A DNA stretch of 64,000 nucleotides. Source: an uncultured delta proteobacterium. GTDB taxonomy: Bacteria; Desulfobacterota; Binatia; Binatales; Binataceae. How positions within the stretch are numbered: position 1 is the first letter of the stretch; the number at the start of each line of letters is the position of its first letter. The notes beneath the pieces are model-generated. The model ran no database searches and was not told the DNA's origin. It saw only the letters and a program-made list of their open reading frames with translations. Position numbers and translations under genes: made by a program. Where the stretch lies: assembly GCA_963808235.1 (NCBI GenBank), contig CAWEEQ010000001.1, forward strand, positions 128,001-192,000. The letters are read 5' to 3'. This document shows, one piece after another, positions 27,564 through 37,368 of the stretch.

Positions 27564-30500
27564 CTAAGGCGTATACCGGTAGAGGCGCTGGCAGTTGGCC
27601 TCGACCCTGCTGGTCTGCCAGTCGACCACACCGCCACAGTTATCCCCGTTCACGAAAAGCGAGCTGGTCCCCGCTAGCGGTACACCCGGGATGTCGTCGT
27701 TGCCGACGTTTGACGGGGAGAGCAGGACGAGCTCTCCGTCGCGATAGGCGAAAGACTTCGCCGTGAGGATCGCATGTACCGGCGAGAGAGCGCCCCGCAT
27801 GAGGAGCCAGCCGGACGCGGCGTCGTATCTCCACCCTTGCGCCGGCCCGGCCGTTCCGAACTCGGTTTGGCTGCTGGCGAGCGCCGGGAACGGTACCTCG
27901 AAGCCCGGGAACGCCGTGTGGCTAGGTGTCGTGGACATGTACGTACACAGATCCGTGCCCGGATTGTACGCCCAGAAGTACTGGACCCCGTCGGCGACCA
28001 ACCGGAAGTCGCCGTAGAGGGAGCACGCCCTCAAGTACTGGGTGGAGGTGCTGCTGATGGGGAAATACTGCACGGTGGGTGAGCTGCCGATCGGATACCC
28101 CTCCCGGATGTACTGGACGCCCCCGCCGCCCGGCCCCTCGTAGACGATCCCGTCGACCACCGTGGCGTTGAACGGCACAAGGTAGTAGGCGCCCTGGTAC
28201 TGGACGATCCGATCGCCCTCGCCCTGGATGTTGGCCAGCGCGTCGCCCGGGCCGATCGGCACCGGCGAGCTCGCGTCAATCTCGTACGCGCCTCCCCCGG
28301 CCGCTGTGAAAAAGAGGTTCCCGTTGATGACGGACGAGTCGCCGCCGCGGCGCTCGGTCGGGTTCCAGACCGGAGCGTCGTCGCCGCCGGGGACGATGTC
28401 CGTGCGGTTGGAGCTGGCTAGGACCGGCGGGTCGCCAGGCGCCCACTTGTAGATCTTACTGTTGCCGTTGACGGTGCCCTTAAAGAAGAGCACCCCTCCG
28501 ACGTTGGTCAGCAGCGAGATCTCATCACTACCGCCGGGCACGAGATTGCTGATGGCGTTCGCGGCGACCAGCGGGCCGTCGCCCACGGTGTGCTCGAAGA
28601 GCTTGTATTGCGGGTTGCCGGCGGAGCCGATGTCGCCGATGAAGTACAGCGTGTTCCCGATCGCGAACATTGGGATGTTGGGCATCTGGAAGTCGGCGTT
28701 GATCTTGACGGTGGCCAGCCCCTCGCCCGGGGCGTGCGAGAAGAGCCCGTACTGCGGGTTCGGGTTTCCAGGCACGGTGTCGGTGCGCGCGCGGAAGTAC
28801 ATCCGGTCGCCGACCTGCGTCAGGGCACTCGGGTACTTCGTGCCCGAGGCAACGTCATCGCCGTCGCTGTCGATGTCGACGGTGTCGAAAACCTGCTGCG
28901 CCGTGGTCGAGCCGGCCGGCAGGACGTAGAGCTCGTGGTTCCCGTACCCGCTCCGTCCGTTGCCTCGCTCGAAGCCGTAATTGGGGAACTTGTCGCTGTG
29001 CAAGTACCCGACGAAGCCCTCGTAGGACAGGAAGTAGACCGCATCGCCCAGCGTCGCGGAGGTGACGACATAGGACATTGGGGCGGTGTTGACGGTGAAC
29101 GCCGGGCTCGCGCTGACGCTCGACGAGACGGGCCACGCTGTCTGGTAGAACTTCAGGCCCTTCGAGGAGTCGCGCCCGTTAAAGTAGAACTGGTCGCCGA
29201 TCAGCCCGACCGGTGTTGAGGGCTCGCTGCACGGACTGCTGCACGTGGCGACGAGGGGCGTCGTCACCGTCGCCAGTCCGCCGGGCGTGTAGGCGTAGAT
29301 CTCGCGCTCTTGTGTGTTGTCGTTGTCGACCGCGGAGAACACCACCGTGCCGTTGATGACGCCGAGGTCGGCGATGTTGCTGATTCCCGCCGAGAGCATG
29401 GTGGGCGCGGCGTCGCCGATGGTCCAGCTCGCGAGCCCCCCGCCGTTGTCGAAGTAGTTCACGTTGTTCAGGAGGATACCGGTGGCGACCTCGATGCCGA
29501 CGGGCGGGGTGCCCGGCGTCGTCGGCGCGGTCACCGGCGGACCTCCCGGCGTATACTGGTAGATCCCGTCCGCGGTGGCGAAGACCAGCTGGCCCGCGTT
29601 GACGCCAAGGAGGTAGAGCCCGTCGGGAGTGACGACGGGCGTCGGAAGGTTCGTGATCGCGCGCGTCTTCCGCATCTGCGGGTTGTACTCGTAGACGTCG
29701 TAGCGCGATCCGTTGTTCGCCACGAAGTAAACGAGCGTGCCGACGCCGATCGGCGCGAAGTAGCCGGGGGCAGGCGTATCATTGCCGAGATTAAAAGGAA
29801 TCGATCCCGTCTGGCCGTTCCCAAACGCAAGGTCGGGCTCGGTCGCGATCTGGTCGGGGATCGGGTTGCACATGTCCTTATTCACGTTCGCGATCGGGCC
29901 AGTCACCATCGGATCTCCGGGCGCGTACTTGTAGATCTTGATGCAGCCCTTGTTCGAAAACGCGTTGAAGTAGATGACGCCGTTGACCACGCGGACGCCC
30001 CCGGCCCACTGGTGGTCCGGGCCGGTCGGGTTCGTGTTCGATCGCTGCTGGACGCCGCCGACCGGGTCGTAGGAGTAGAGCTTGCCGCCCATGCCGTTGC
30101 TCGCGAAAAAGTAGATCTGCCCGTTGAGCGAGATCCCGCCATCGAGCGCGCCGTCGTCGATCACGTTGTTGTTGGTCGGGATCGCGACGAGCTGTTTCCG
30201 CTTGGGCGTGACGAGCGTGGAGATACCGGGCTCGACCGAGAGTGAGTTGGTGCTCACCTGGATGCCGGAGATCGTTGTGCTCGCCGCCCTGACCGCGACC
30301 GTCACCGACTGCGTGGGGCCGGTGACCAGCGCGAGCTCGAAGAGGAAGCCGCCGTCGCGTGACAAGAGCAGCGTCGCCTTCTTGGCCGCGCGGTCGGTGG
30401 TCGTGATGTCGATCGGCTTTGTGCAAGCGACCGGGCTGGTCCCGTTCAACAGCGTGACCTGAAGCTGCGCCGGGACGCCGGATTCAACGATCATGGGATA

Positions 30501-30686
30501 CGTCGCCTCGACCGACGTGACGGTGCACGGCGGGGGCGGGGGGCCCTTGGATTGCACTTCCGTGCCCCCCAGAGCCAGAAACGCCACAAGGCCCAGGAGA
30601 GAGCTTGTCCGAACGAGCCTTCGCATGCTCCCACCCCTAAGAACGGGTTGTCCGCAGTTCTCTTGAGAAGCTTTGCTGGTTCTCAT
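27564..30686 (-). CDS. Large secreted beta-propeller-repeat protein (alternative start 30626)
   Basis: Signal-like LLGLVAFLALGG; repeated blades such as NGQIYFFA..KLYSYDP, NGVIYFNA..IYKYAPGDP, GGVLFFKG..IYKWAPGDP; visibly GC-richer than its neighbours. Confidence 0.8.
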   Translation of the reverse strand: MRTSKASQENCGQPVLRGGSMRRLVRTSSLLGLVAFLALGGTEVQSKGPPPPPCTVTSVEATYPMIVESGVPAQLQVTLLNGTSPVACTKPIDITTTDRAAKKATLLLSRDGGFLFELALVTGPTQSVTVAVRAASTTISGIQVSTNSLSVEPGISTLVTPKRKQLVAIPTNNNVIDDGALDGGISLNGQIYFFASNGMGGKLYSYDPVGGVQQRSNTNPTGPDHQWAGGVRVVNGVIYFNAFSNKGCIKIYKYAPGDPMVTGPIANVNKDMCNPIPDQIATEPDLAFGNGQTGSIPFNLGNDTPAPGYFAPIGVGTLVYFVANNGSRYDVYEYNPQMRKTRAITNLPTPVVTPDGLYLLGVNAGQLVFATADGIYQYTPGGPPVTAPTTPGTPPVGIEVATGILLNNVNYFDNGGGLASWTIGDAAPTMLSAGISNIADLGVINGTVVFSAVDNDNTQEREIYAYTPGGLATVTTPLVATCSSPCSEPSTPVGLIGDQFYFNGRDSSKGLKFYQTAWPVSSSVSASPAFTVNTAPMSYVVTSATLGDAVYFLSYEGFVGYLHSDKFPNYGFERGNGRSGYGNHELYVLPAGSTTAQQVFDTVDIDSDGDDVASGTKYPSALTQVGDRMYFRARTDTVPGNPNPQYGLFSHAPGEGLATVKINADFQMPNIPMFAIGNTLYFIGDIGSAGNPQYKLFEHTVGDGPLVAANAISNLVPGGSDEISLLTNVGGVLFFKGTVNGNSKIYKWAPGDPPVLASSNRTDIVPGGDDAPVWNPTERRGGDSSVINGNLFFTAAGGGAYEIDASSPVPIGPGDALANIQGEGDRIVQYQGAYYLVPFNATVVDGIVYEGPGGGGVQYIREGYPIGSSPTVQYFPISSTSTQYLRACSLYGDFRLVADGVQYFWAYNPGTDLCTYMSTTPSHTAFPGFEVPFPALASSQTEFGTAGPAQGWRYDAASGWLLMRGALSPVHAILTAKSFAYRDGELVLLSPSNVGNDDIPGVPLAGTSSLFVNGDNCGGVVDWQTSRVEANCQRLYRYTP

Positions 30687-30709
30687 GATCGCTGTCCTCT
30701 TTTGTAGGG

Positions 30710-31132
30710 ATGTCTGGGCCGAACCGAACTCACACTCAAGCAGCTGATTTAGTGAATCGTCCAGATAAAGGCAAATCGAGACAGGTCAAACTCCCTTTCA
30801 ATTTTCGAATAGAAATCAGACGACTCTATTCGTTGCTCAACCCCGACTTCGATCCCGAGCCGGTCGCTGTCCGCATCTTCCGGATTCACTACGTCTCGAA
30901 GTGCAAGGCCCCGCGCTGTCTGGAGCGGGCGACGATCGCTGCCGAGAAGGTTGACCGCGCCGGCCGCCACGTGCGGCAGATCGAGCTACGCGATTGGCAC
31001 TGTGAGGTCGTGATCAATCGGGAGCGCGCACGCGAGATGAAGATCGCAGATCAATTTCAAGTCGCTCGACTTAAAGCGGGCGACTTCCTTGAATCGAAGA
31101 AACCAAATTGGGGCAATAATATACTTGACTGA
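30710..31132 (+). CDS. Small hypothetical protein whose last codons are replaced by the IS1595 end
   Basis: Open frame with plausible core (CKAPRC..EKVDRAGRHVRQIEL..HC) running through the TSD; start uncertain. Confidence 0.3.
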   Translation: MSGPNRTHTQAADLVNRPDKGKSRQVKLPFNFRIEIRRLYSLLNPDFDPEPVAVRIFRIHYVSKCKAPRCLERATIAAEKVDRAGRHVRQIELRDWHCEVVINRERAREMKIADQFQVARLKAGDFLESKKPNWGNNILD

Positions 31133-31159
31133 CCACGCTCTGTTTGCTATGTTTGGAGC

Positions 31160-32116
31160 ATGAAGTATCCAAGCACACTCCAGCAAGCGATTCGTTACTT
31201 CACTGATTTCGAGAACTGCCAGCAATTCATGATCGAGATGCGCTGGCCGGATGGCAAGGTCCGCTGCCCGACTTGTAAATCAGAGAAGGTAACCTATCTC
31301 GAAAAAGCGCGCCTCTGGAAATGCTACGCGAAACATCCGCGCGCAAAGTTCTCGCTCAAGGTCGGAACGATCTTCGAGGACTCGCCAATTGGCCTCGATA
31401 AGTGGCTACCCGCGATGTGGCTGATCGCCAACTGCAAGAACGGGATTAGCAGCTACGAAATGGCGCGCGGCCTTGGCGTGACGCAGAAAACCGCGTGGTT
31501 TATGGATCATCGCATCCGGCTCGCGATGCAGAATCGTTCGCTCGATATGTTCGATGGCTCGGAAGTGGAAGCAGACGAAACTTTTATCGGCGGCCTCGCT
31601 CGAAACATGCACAAGGACAAGAAGGCCAAGATCACGGGCACGGGCGGGGCCGGAAAAGCAATCGTGATGGGTCTGCTGGATCGCCACACCGCTAAAGTTC
31701 GCCTGCTCCATGTACCGAACACGCAGGGCGATACGCTCAAGACTCACGTGCGCCGATACGTGCGAGGCGGATCATATGTCTTCACCGATGCGTGGGCCGG
31801 TTATCACGGCCTCGATCAGGATTATGTTCACAACGTTATCGACCATGCCGAAACCTACGTTCGCGGCAACGTGCATACGAACAAAATCGAAAACTTCTGG
31901 AGTCTGCTAAAGCGCGGCCTGAAGGGAACCTATGTCAGCGTCGAGCCGTTTCACTTGTTCCGGTATCTTGATGAGCAGGCGTATCGCTTCAATGAGCGCA
32001 AGGCGAACGATGGCGAGCGTTTCATCGGCGTTGCTAGTTCGGTTCTTGGGCGTCGGCTCACGTATGCGGAGCTGACCGGCAAGACTGAATCGACCGCCGA
32101 ACCCTTACCGGCGTAA
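31160..32116 (+). CDS. IS1595-family (ISXO2-like DDE) transposase
   Basis: Zn ribbon CPTC..WKC, VEADETFIGG, TDAWAGY, VHTNKIENFWS, YLDEQAYRFNER. Confidence 0.93.
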   Translation: MKYPSTLQQAIRYFTDFENCQQFMIEMRWPDGKVRCPTCKSEKVTYLEKARLWKCYAKHPRAKFSLKVGTIFEDSPIGLDKWLPAMWLIANCKNGISSYEMARGLGVTQKTAWFMDHRIRLAMQNRSLDMFDGSEVEADETFIGGLARNMHKDKKAKITGTGGAGKAIVMGLLDRHTAKVRLLHVPNTQGDTLKTHVRRYVRGGSYVFTDAWAGYHGLDQDYVHNVIDHAETYVRGNVHTNKIENFWSLLKRGLKGTYVSVEPFHLFRYLDEQAYRFNERKANDGERFIGVASSVLGRRLTYAELTGKTESTAEPLPA

Positions 32117-32155
32117 GCAGTGGAGGGGACAGCGGCAGCGTGGTAAACTGCTGCC

Positions 32156-32296
32156 ATGAAATCAAAGGTTGAAGATTTAGAATTCAAGCCGCGAGAAGCG
32201 TTCGATAATTTACGAACACTCGGTCGTAAGGTTCTAAGCGTCCCAAAGCCCACGGTTCAGGCCCGCTCCAAAAAGATTAAGAAATCTGACCGGTAG
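32156..32296 (+). CDS. 46-aa basic peptide inside the IS
   Basis: My translation MKSKVEDLEFKPREAFDNLRTLGRKVLSVPKPTVQARSKKIKKSDR, directly after the transposase. Confidence 0.4.
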   Translation: MKSKVEDLEFKPREAFDNLRTLGRKVLSVPKPTVQARSKKIKKSDR

Positions 32297-33203
32297 CAAT
32301 CATCCAAGCGATGGCTTTTTTCATTTCATCTTCCAACGCTTCTTCAGTTAATTGGCAGAATTGAGGACGATCAGCCGTACTCATAAGTGTGAGAAAACTG
32401 CGGTCAACATCGGCCTTTACGTGCCCGAGGCGCACGCCCATAACGCGCCGATAACTCCAAGCGAACAAATCCGCAGCCTGCAATCCTGGAAACGCGAGTT
32501 TTGGCTCAAAAGCGATTGTGCCAAATCGGCAGGATTGCGAAGGCTGATAAAGTTTTTTGAAATCGTCGTAACCCGTTAAGGCGTCATGTTTCCAGTCGTT
32601 GTCCTCGAAAATGAATGCAACCTTTTCCGCTTTGGGCAGCGTTGGCGAAAGATTTTTTACGACTAGATTGAGACAGTCTTTCACCAAAACGTTATAGACA
32701 AGTTTCCAAGGATTCTTTCTGAAATCTGTCGCGTCCTTTCTATCGAAATGGGGCGTGATCAGGCGGGCAGCTACAGCTTGCCAATCCTTAGCTTCGCAAT
32801 ACACTCCGACGTGTACAATTTCTTCGGAGGCCTTCAAAATACCCGCCATCTGATCTGTTAACGCCCGTGCTCTTTTCTTGCTCCACCCTTTAAATTTCTT
32901 TCGGGGTCGCGGTGATGCTTCGGCGTCGGTCGCGTGATACAGAACCGCGCCCGCATCGGTCAAAGCGGTTAGCCACAATTGCTCCAATTCGATCCACGCG
33001 CTAGCGGGGCCAAGCAGTCCAGCCACTACAGCGATCTGCGATTCGGCATCTGTCCCCGCTTCATCAAAAAGCGCTTGTAGATCGAGTACGGCCATCATTC
33101 GCACCCGCGCATTGAACGGATGGAGAAGCTTCGCCAGACGTTCTGATTCAGTTCGACTAGCAGGCTCACGATCAAGGCTCCAACTCCAATATTGGGAGGA
33201 CAT
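32277..33203 (-). CDS. DUF3800-like (RNase H-fold) passenger protein; true start may be ~100 bp downstream (MMAVLDL)
   Basis: FDEAG near the N-terminus, FIFED, GLQAADLFAW; AT-richer than the host. Confidence 0.7.
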   Translation of the reverse strand: MSSQYWSWSLDREPASRTESERLAKLLHPFNARVRMMAVLDLQALFDEAGTDAESQIAVVAGLLGPASAWIELEQLWLTALTDAGAVLYHATDAEASPRPRKKFKGWSKKRARALTDQMAGILKASEEIVHVGVYCEAKDWQAVAARLITPHFDRKDATDFRKNPWKLVYNVLVKDCLNLVVKNLSPTLPKAEKVAFIFEDNDWKHDALTGYDDFKKLYQPSQSCRFGTIAFEPKLAFPGLQAADLFAWSYRRVMGVRLGHVKADVDRSFLTLMSTADRPQFCQLTEEALEDEMKKAIAWMIATGQIS

Positions 33204-33460
33204 GCGCTAGTCCTCCTTTCGACGATCTGCCACAATCGTAGCAGGCTTGGTCAGCCAAGTATATTGTTGCCCAAATTGGGGAACAATGCCGTGAATTCCA
33301 ATATAGGGCAGCGGCTCGATCCTCAAGGGAGATAATTGGGCGGATTTCGACGATTGCTATGCGAATCTGCAATTCTCCGGTGCCCTATGAAGGCAGAAAG
33401 CCCGCCACCGGCCGCATTGTTCTCGCTTTCCCCGCAGAGAATGCGGAATCGGGGACTCGG

Positions 33461-33552
33461 TGGCGGAGAGGGGGGGATTCGAACCCCCGAGACCCTTTCG
33501 AGCCTACACGCGTTCCAGGCGTGCGCCTTAAGCCGGGCTCGGCCACCTCTCC
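33461..33552 (-). tRNA. tRNA-Ser(GGA)
   Basis: GGAGAGG/CCTCTCC acceptor stem plus GCCA, anticodon loop CTGGAAC, long variable arm, GTTCGAATC T-loop. Confidence 0.95.
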
Positions 33553-33697
33553 GCGCGAGACCGCGATTATGCATCACGAAGACCCGCGTCGCCACCGGCA
33601 CGAGTCGCCTGAGCTTGCTTGCCCCTCACTGCCCAGACTAAAGAAGTCATCAGGGAGCCAGTCGCCAAAGACAGCTCACCACGGGGAGAAGTTCTCG

Positions 33698-34699
33698 ATG
33701 CTGTACACGCCGATTTGCGATTATTTTGGAATCAAGTATCCGATTCTACTCGCCGGGATGGGCGGCGTTGCGATGCACAAGCTGGTGGCGGCCGTTTCTA
33801 ACGCCGGCGGACTCGGAGTGATCGGCGCAGCGTCCTTAAGTCCCGCCGATCTGCGCACCGAGATTCGCAAAACTCGCGAGTTGACCGACAAGCCGTTTGC
33901 GGTCGATCTGCTTGCCCCGATTCCCGACATGATGCGCCCGCATGTGCCGGTGATGATCGAAGAAAAAGTCAAAGTATTCGTGGCGGGACTTTCGGTGCCG
34001 CAGGAATTCGTCAAGGTGATGCATGACAACGGGATGAAGATCGTCGTGATGTGCGGCAAAGTCCATCACGGGGTCAAGTCGCAGGACGCCGGCGCCGATG
34101 TGGTCGTTGCGCAAGGGACCGAGGCAGGCGGACATACCGGCGAGATCGGGATGCTGTCGCTGGTGCCGCAGATGATCGACGCGGTCCGGTTGCCGGTGCT
34201 CGCTGCGGGCGGAATTGCCGACGGGCGGCAGATCGCGGCGGCGCTCACCGTTGGCGCGCAGGGGGTCGTGATCGGCACGCGCTTTATCGCGACGCCGGAG
34301 GCGCAGGCGGCGCAGGGTTATCGCGAGGCGATCGTAAAGGCGCATGAGGATTCCACCTTGCGCACCCGCGCGTACACGGGCAAGACCTGCCGGGTGATTC
34401 GCACCGAATATGCGCTCGAGTGGGAGAAGGATCCCTCGAAGATTCAGCCGTTTCCTTTGCAGGCGCAGACTTCGCAGCGCAACGGAGTCATGAATTACAC
34501 CGGGCGGGGCGGCGCTGACGTCGATCCGAATCGCACCTTCATGCCGACCGGGCAGGGAGCGGGACTGATTCATGAGATCAAGCCGGCGGCGGAAGTGTTT
34601 GCCGATCTGCTGCGCGAGACCGAGGATGCGCTGCGCAAGGCGCATCAATTGCTCGCGGGCGATCCGGCGCGGCAGCATTCCGCGGCGCAAACGCGGTGA
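33698..34699 (+). CDS. Nitronate monooxygenase / FabK-like FMN oxidoreductase
   Basis: IKYPILLAGMGG, AAVSNAGGLG, QGTEAGGHTG, AAGGIADGR, GTRF. Confidence 0.88.
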   Translation: MLYTPICDYFGIKYPILLAGMGGVAMHKLVAAVSNAGGLGVIGAASLSPADLRTEIRKTRELTDKPFAVDLLAPIPDMMRPHVPVMIEEKVKVFVAGLSVPQEFVKVMHDNGMKIVVMCGKVHHGVKSQDAGADVVVAQGTEAGGHTGEIGMLSLVPQMIDAVRLPVLAAGGIADGRQIAAALTVGAQGVVIGTRFIATPEAQAAQGYREAIVKAHEDSTLRTRAYTGKTCRVIRTEYALEWEKDPSKIQPFPLQAQTSQRNGVMNYTGRGGADVDPNRTFMPTGQGAGLIHEIKPAAEVFADLLRETEDALRKAHQLLAGDPARQHSAAQTR

Positions 34700-34717
34700 C
34701 GATTCCGCGGTGTGAGA

Positions 34718-35371
34718 TCAGACGCCGCGGGTGACGCCGGGCCAGATCTGCTTGTGCATCTGAAGTTGCATCCGCGCGGGCAAGCGATCTTCGAGTATCC
34801 ATGACGCGAGTGCCGCGGGATCCAATTGCCCGAACACCGGGCTCAGCAAGAGCGCATTGACGCGAGGCGCGAGGTTGTGCGCGGCGATAATGTCGCGCGC
34901 CCATTCGTAGTCAGCGCGATCGGCGACGACGAACTTGATCTCGTCGCGCTGCGTCAGATGGTCGAGGTTGCTCCATAGATTTCGCTCGCATTCGCCGCTG
35001 CCCGGACACTTGAGGTCCATGATCTTGATGACGCGCGGGTCGAGCCGGCCGACATCGATCGCACCCGAGGTCTCGATCATCACGGTCTGGCCGGTCTCGA
35101 GCAGCGCGCCCGTCAGCGGATAGACGCCTTCTTGGAGCAGAGGTTCGCCGCCAGTGACTTCGATCAGATCGCATCGGTAGCCGCGAATTATTTCCGCGAC
35201 CTCGGCCACCGGCATCCGGCGCCCTTCGTAGAATGCGTATTCGGTGTCGCACCATTTGCAGCGCAGATTGCATCCGGTGAGCCGCACGAACACGCAGGGG
35301 CGGCCCGCGTAGGTCGATTCGCCCTGGATGCTGTAAAAGATCTCGTTGATGTGAAGCCGTTCGGAAATCAT
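34718..35371 (-). CDS. queE: 7-carboxy-7-deazaguanine synthase (radical SAM)
   Basis: EIFYSIQGE, FVRLTGCNLRCKWCDT, TGGEPL, QMHKQIW. Confidence 0.9.
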   Translation of the reverse strand: MISERLHINEIFYSIQGESTYAGRPCVFVRLTGCNLRCKWCDTEYAFYEGRRMPVAEVAEIIRGYRCDLIEVTGGEPLLQEGVYPLTGALLETGQTVMIETSGAIDVGRLDPRVIKIMDLKCPGSGECERNLWSNLDHLTQRDEIKFVVADRADYEWARDIIAAHNLAPRVNALLLSPVFGQLDPAALASWILEDRLPARMQLQMHKQIWPGVTRGV

Positions 35372-35519
35372 TTTTCTCGGGAACTATATACTTTACTCCC
35401 CAGCAGGCCTCGTAAAGAGCGCCCAATTTCCGCCAGCCGGTGCAAGGGAACCAGAAGCGGTGGCGCGCGTTCGATGCGCGCCACCGCTCTCTACCGCAAA
35501 AATCGCGTCGCTGCTGCCG

Positions 35520-36854
35520 TTACGGAGCGGCTTTCGCCATTGTATCCGGATCGAAGAAGGCGCGATCCACGGCGCCCATGTTGATATACCAGCACTCCTT
35601 TTCCGGAGTGTTACGACTTGGCAGGTAGCACATCGCCGTCATTCCGGTTTGCACATCGGTGGCTGCCGCACCTACCACGAACGAGCGCTTGAACGGATAG
35701 ATGGCTACCCGCGCATCCGGCACGGGTCGATCGCGATTAGTCAGCCAATAGATGTGGTCCTGCCACAGCTGACCCTGTCGGTCATAGGCGTCCTCATAAA
35801 GCGGAAACCATACTTCGCTGTCTATGTAGAGCACGGTACGCGATTGCAGTGCCTGCGAGTTGTTGATGGAACGCCTGGGGCTCGCTTCCACTATGTACAT
35901 TCGGCGTAACTCCCAGTTCTCCGGACACGCGCTTCCTCCGCCGTCTGTCGGGCAGGTTACTTCCGGCGAATGGGCCGCGTGGACGACGCCAAGCATGTTC
36001 TTCACGCCGAGGAAGCGATAGTTGTACTCCTCCACTTTGGCGTTGAAGCCGGAATAGTGATCCGGATCGAACACCACGATATTCCCACCACCCTCAGTCG
36101 GCAGCCCCGACCCGGTAACTGCGTCGCTCATGATGCCTTCGTTCAGACGGCGCAACCTCCGCGAGCCGGTATTCCATGACCATATGTCATCGGACTTTTT
36201 CGGATCGGCATAGCGGTAGCGCAGAAAGCCGGCGCCACGCATACCTTCGGGCGCCATGATCGGGTAGAGCCCGAACATCCAGTAACGGCCGGTCTTCTTG
36301 AAGTCCGGATCGATCGGCATTGGATCAACCTCGGTCCGTCCGATCTCGTTGTATCCGGCGTAGTGACCTACATCGATCTCATCGAGTACCCGGTAGGGGG
36401 CATTGCGCCCGCTGCGGACATTTTCACACGCGAAGTAACGCAGATCGTAATCATCGGTCTGAAGCGGCCGAAACACGTTGTTCCATATGATCTTGGTCGC
36501 AACCTTCGGATCGTTGGGATCGAGGAATGGGAACGGCTGGCCGGCCACGTAGTTCTGAACCGTGCGCCCGTCTGGCGACAGCCGGACTTGCGAAGAATAT
36601 TTCTCGGTTGCCTCCTGGTAAGGCGGCGGCCAATCGACTCGATCAGTGGGCACGACTTTCATCGCCATCCCCTGCTGGACTTTGTAGAAGACCCCAGGGG
36701 CGACAATGTCCTTGACCTTGTAAGCATTGTCCGGAGTGATAACGTCGCCGGGCTTAACCTGCGCCCAAGCTGGCAGAGCCATCATGAGACTCAGAAGCAA
36801 AGCCGCGAAGGCGCTCACACATTTCTTACTTCTGACAACTTCTACGGAATGCAT
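35520..36854 (-). CDS. DUF1329-family secreted protein
   Basis: Signal peptide, KPGDVITPDN, GQPFP, RRLRR, YDRQGQLW. Confidence 0.78.
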   Translation of the reverse strand: MHSVEVVRSKKCVSAFAALLLSLMMALPAWAQVKPGDVITPDNAYKVKDIVAPGVFYKVQQGMAMKVVPTDRVDWPPPYQEATEKYSSQVRLSPDGRTVQNYVAGQPFPFLDPNDPKVATKIIWNNVFRPLQTDDYDLRYFACENVRSGRNAPYRVLDEIDVGHYAGYNEIGRTEVDPMPIDPDFKKTGRYWMFGLYPIMAPEGMRGAGFLRYRYADPKKSDDIWSWNTGSRRLRRLNEGIMSDAVTGSGLPTEGGGNIVVFDPDHYSGFNAKVEEYNYRFLGVKNMLGVVHAAHSPEVTCPTDGGGSACPENWELRRMYIVEASPRRSINNSQALQSRTVLYIDSEVWFPLYEDAYDRQGQLWQDHIYWLTNRDRPVPDARVAIYPFKRSFVVGAAATDVQTGMTAMCYLPSRNTPEKECWYINMGAVDRAFFDPDTMAKAAP

Positions 36855-37017
36855 AACCTTTGTCCTTTCGCCGCCAGGAGCGCGGCGTGACTTTCACATC
36901 GCAGTTCATTCGCCCGTCTTCCTCATACCGTGATTGAAACCGCCGCCGCGCAATCAAGCACGCGAGGTTTCCGGATCAGGCACGGTGAAGACGTGAACGT
37001 TTGTGTTCGGGACGGGG

Positions 37018-37368
37018 CTAGTTATCTTCGTCGCCGGAGCGGGGCGGGATTCGCCGATGAAACCGACGCTCGCAGGGCCACTGACTGGCTGCCTCTACCT
37101 CGTAGAGAATGAGCCGTTCGGGCGGAGCTTCTTTCGGCTCCTCCGCGTCGCACGACGATGACGCCGTAAAAACGCCAGCGTCCGCGACCGTCTTGCTGCC
37201 CACTTCCTCCACTGCGGTACGAGCGAATCCCTGCGTGTGATTCGCAACCACTGGCACATCTAGAAGAGTGATAGACGAGAAGGCGCGGGTTGTCTGCGCG
37301 ATGGTCAGAAGGCAGACCGAACCAATGAGTAACAGTCTTGCGAGCAAACGATACTGAAATATTCGCAT
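37018..37368 (-). CDS. Hypothetical small secreted/membrane protein
   Basis: Hydrophobic N-terminus; co-oriented between larC and the DUF1329 gene. Confidence 0.35.
   Translation of the reverse strand: MRIFQYRLLARLLLIGSVCLLTIAQTTRAFSSITLLDVPVVANHTQGFARTAVEEVGSKTVADAGVFTASSSCDAEEPKEAPPERLILYEVEAASQWPCERRFHRRIPPRSGDEDN

Larger units (their letters stand above)
31112..33271 (+). mobile_element. Complete IS1595-family element (2160 bp) with passenger gene
   Basis: 24-bp imperfect TIRs GGCAATAATATACTTGACTGACCA (31112-31135) and TGGTCAGCCAAGTATATTGTTGCC (33248-33271); 8-bp TSD CAAATTGG at 31104-31111 and 33272-33279. Confidence 0.92.
26767..33499. mobile_element. About 6.7-kb genomic islet integrated at tRNA-Ser(GGA); no integrase inside
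   Basis: Flanked by 39-bp direct repeats; cargo with contrasting base composition plus an IS. Confidence 0.8.

Noticed and set aside
33359-33697. Long N-terminal extension of the nitronate monooxygenase ORF (similar extensions at 18166, 47411, 49351, 54651, 39982)
   Set aside because: Extensions overlap a tRNA or neighbouring genes; family homology and RBS begin at the later starts
34718-35371. queE as part of a 7-deazaguanine DNA-modification (dpd) island
   Set aside because: Sits among housekeeping genes with no dpdA/tgt paralogue nearby
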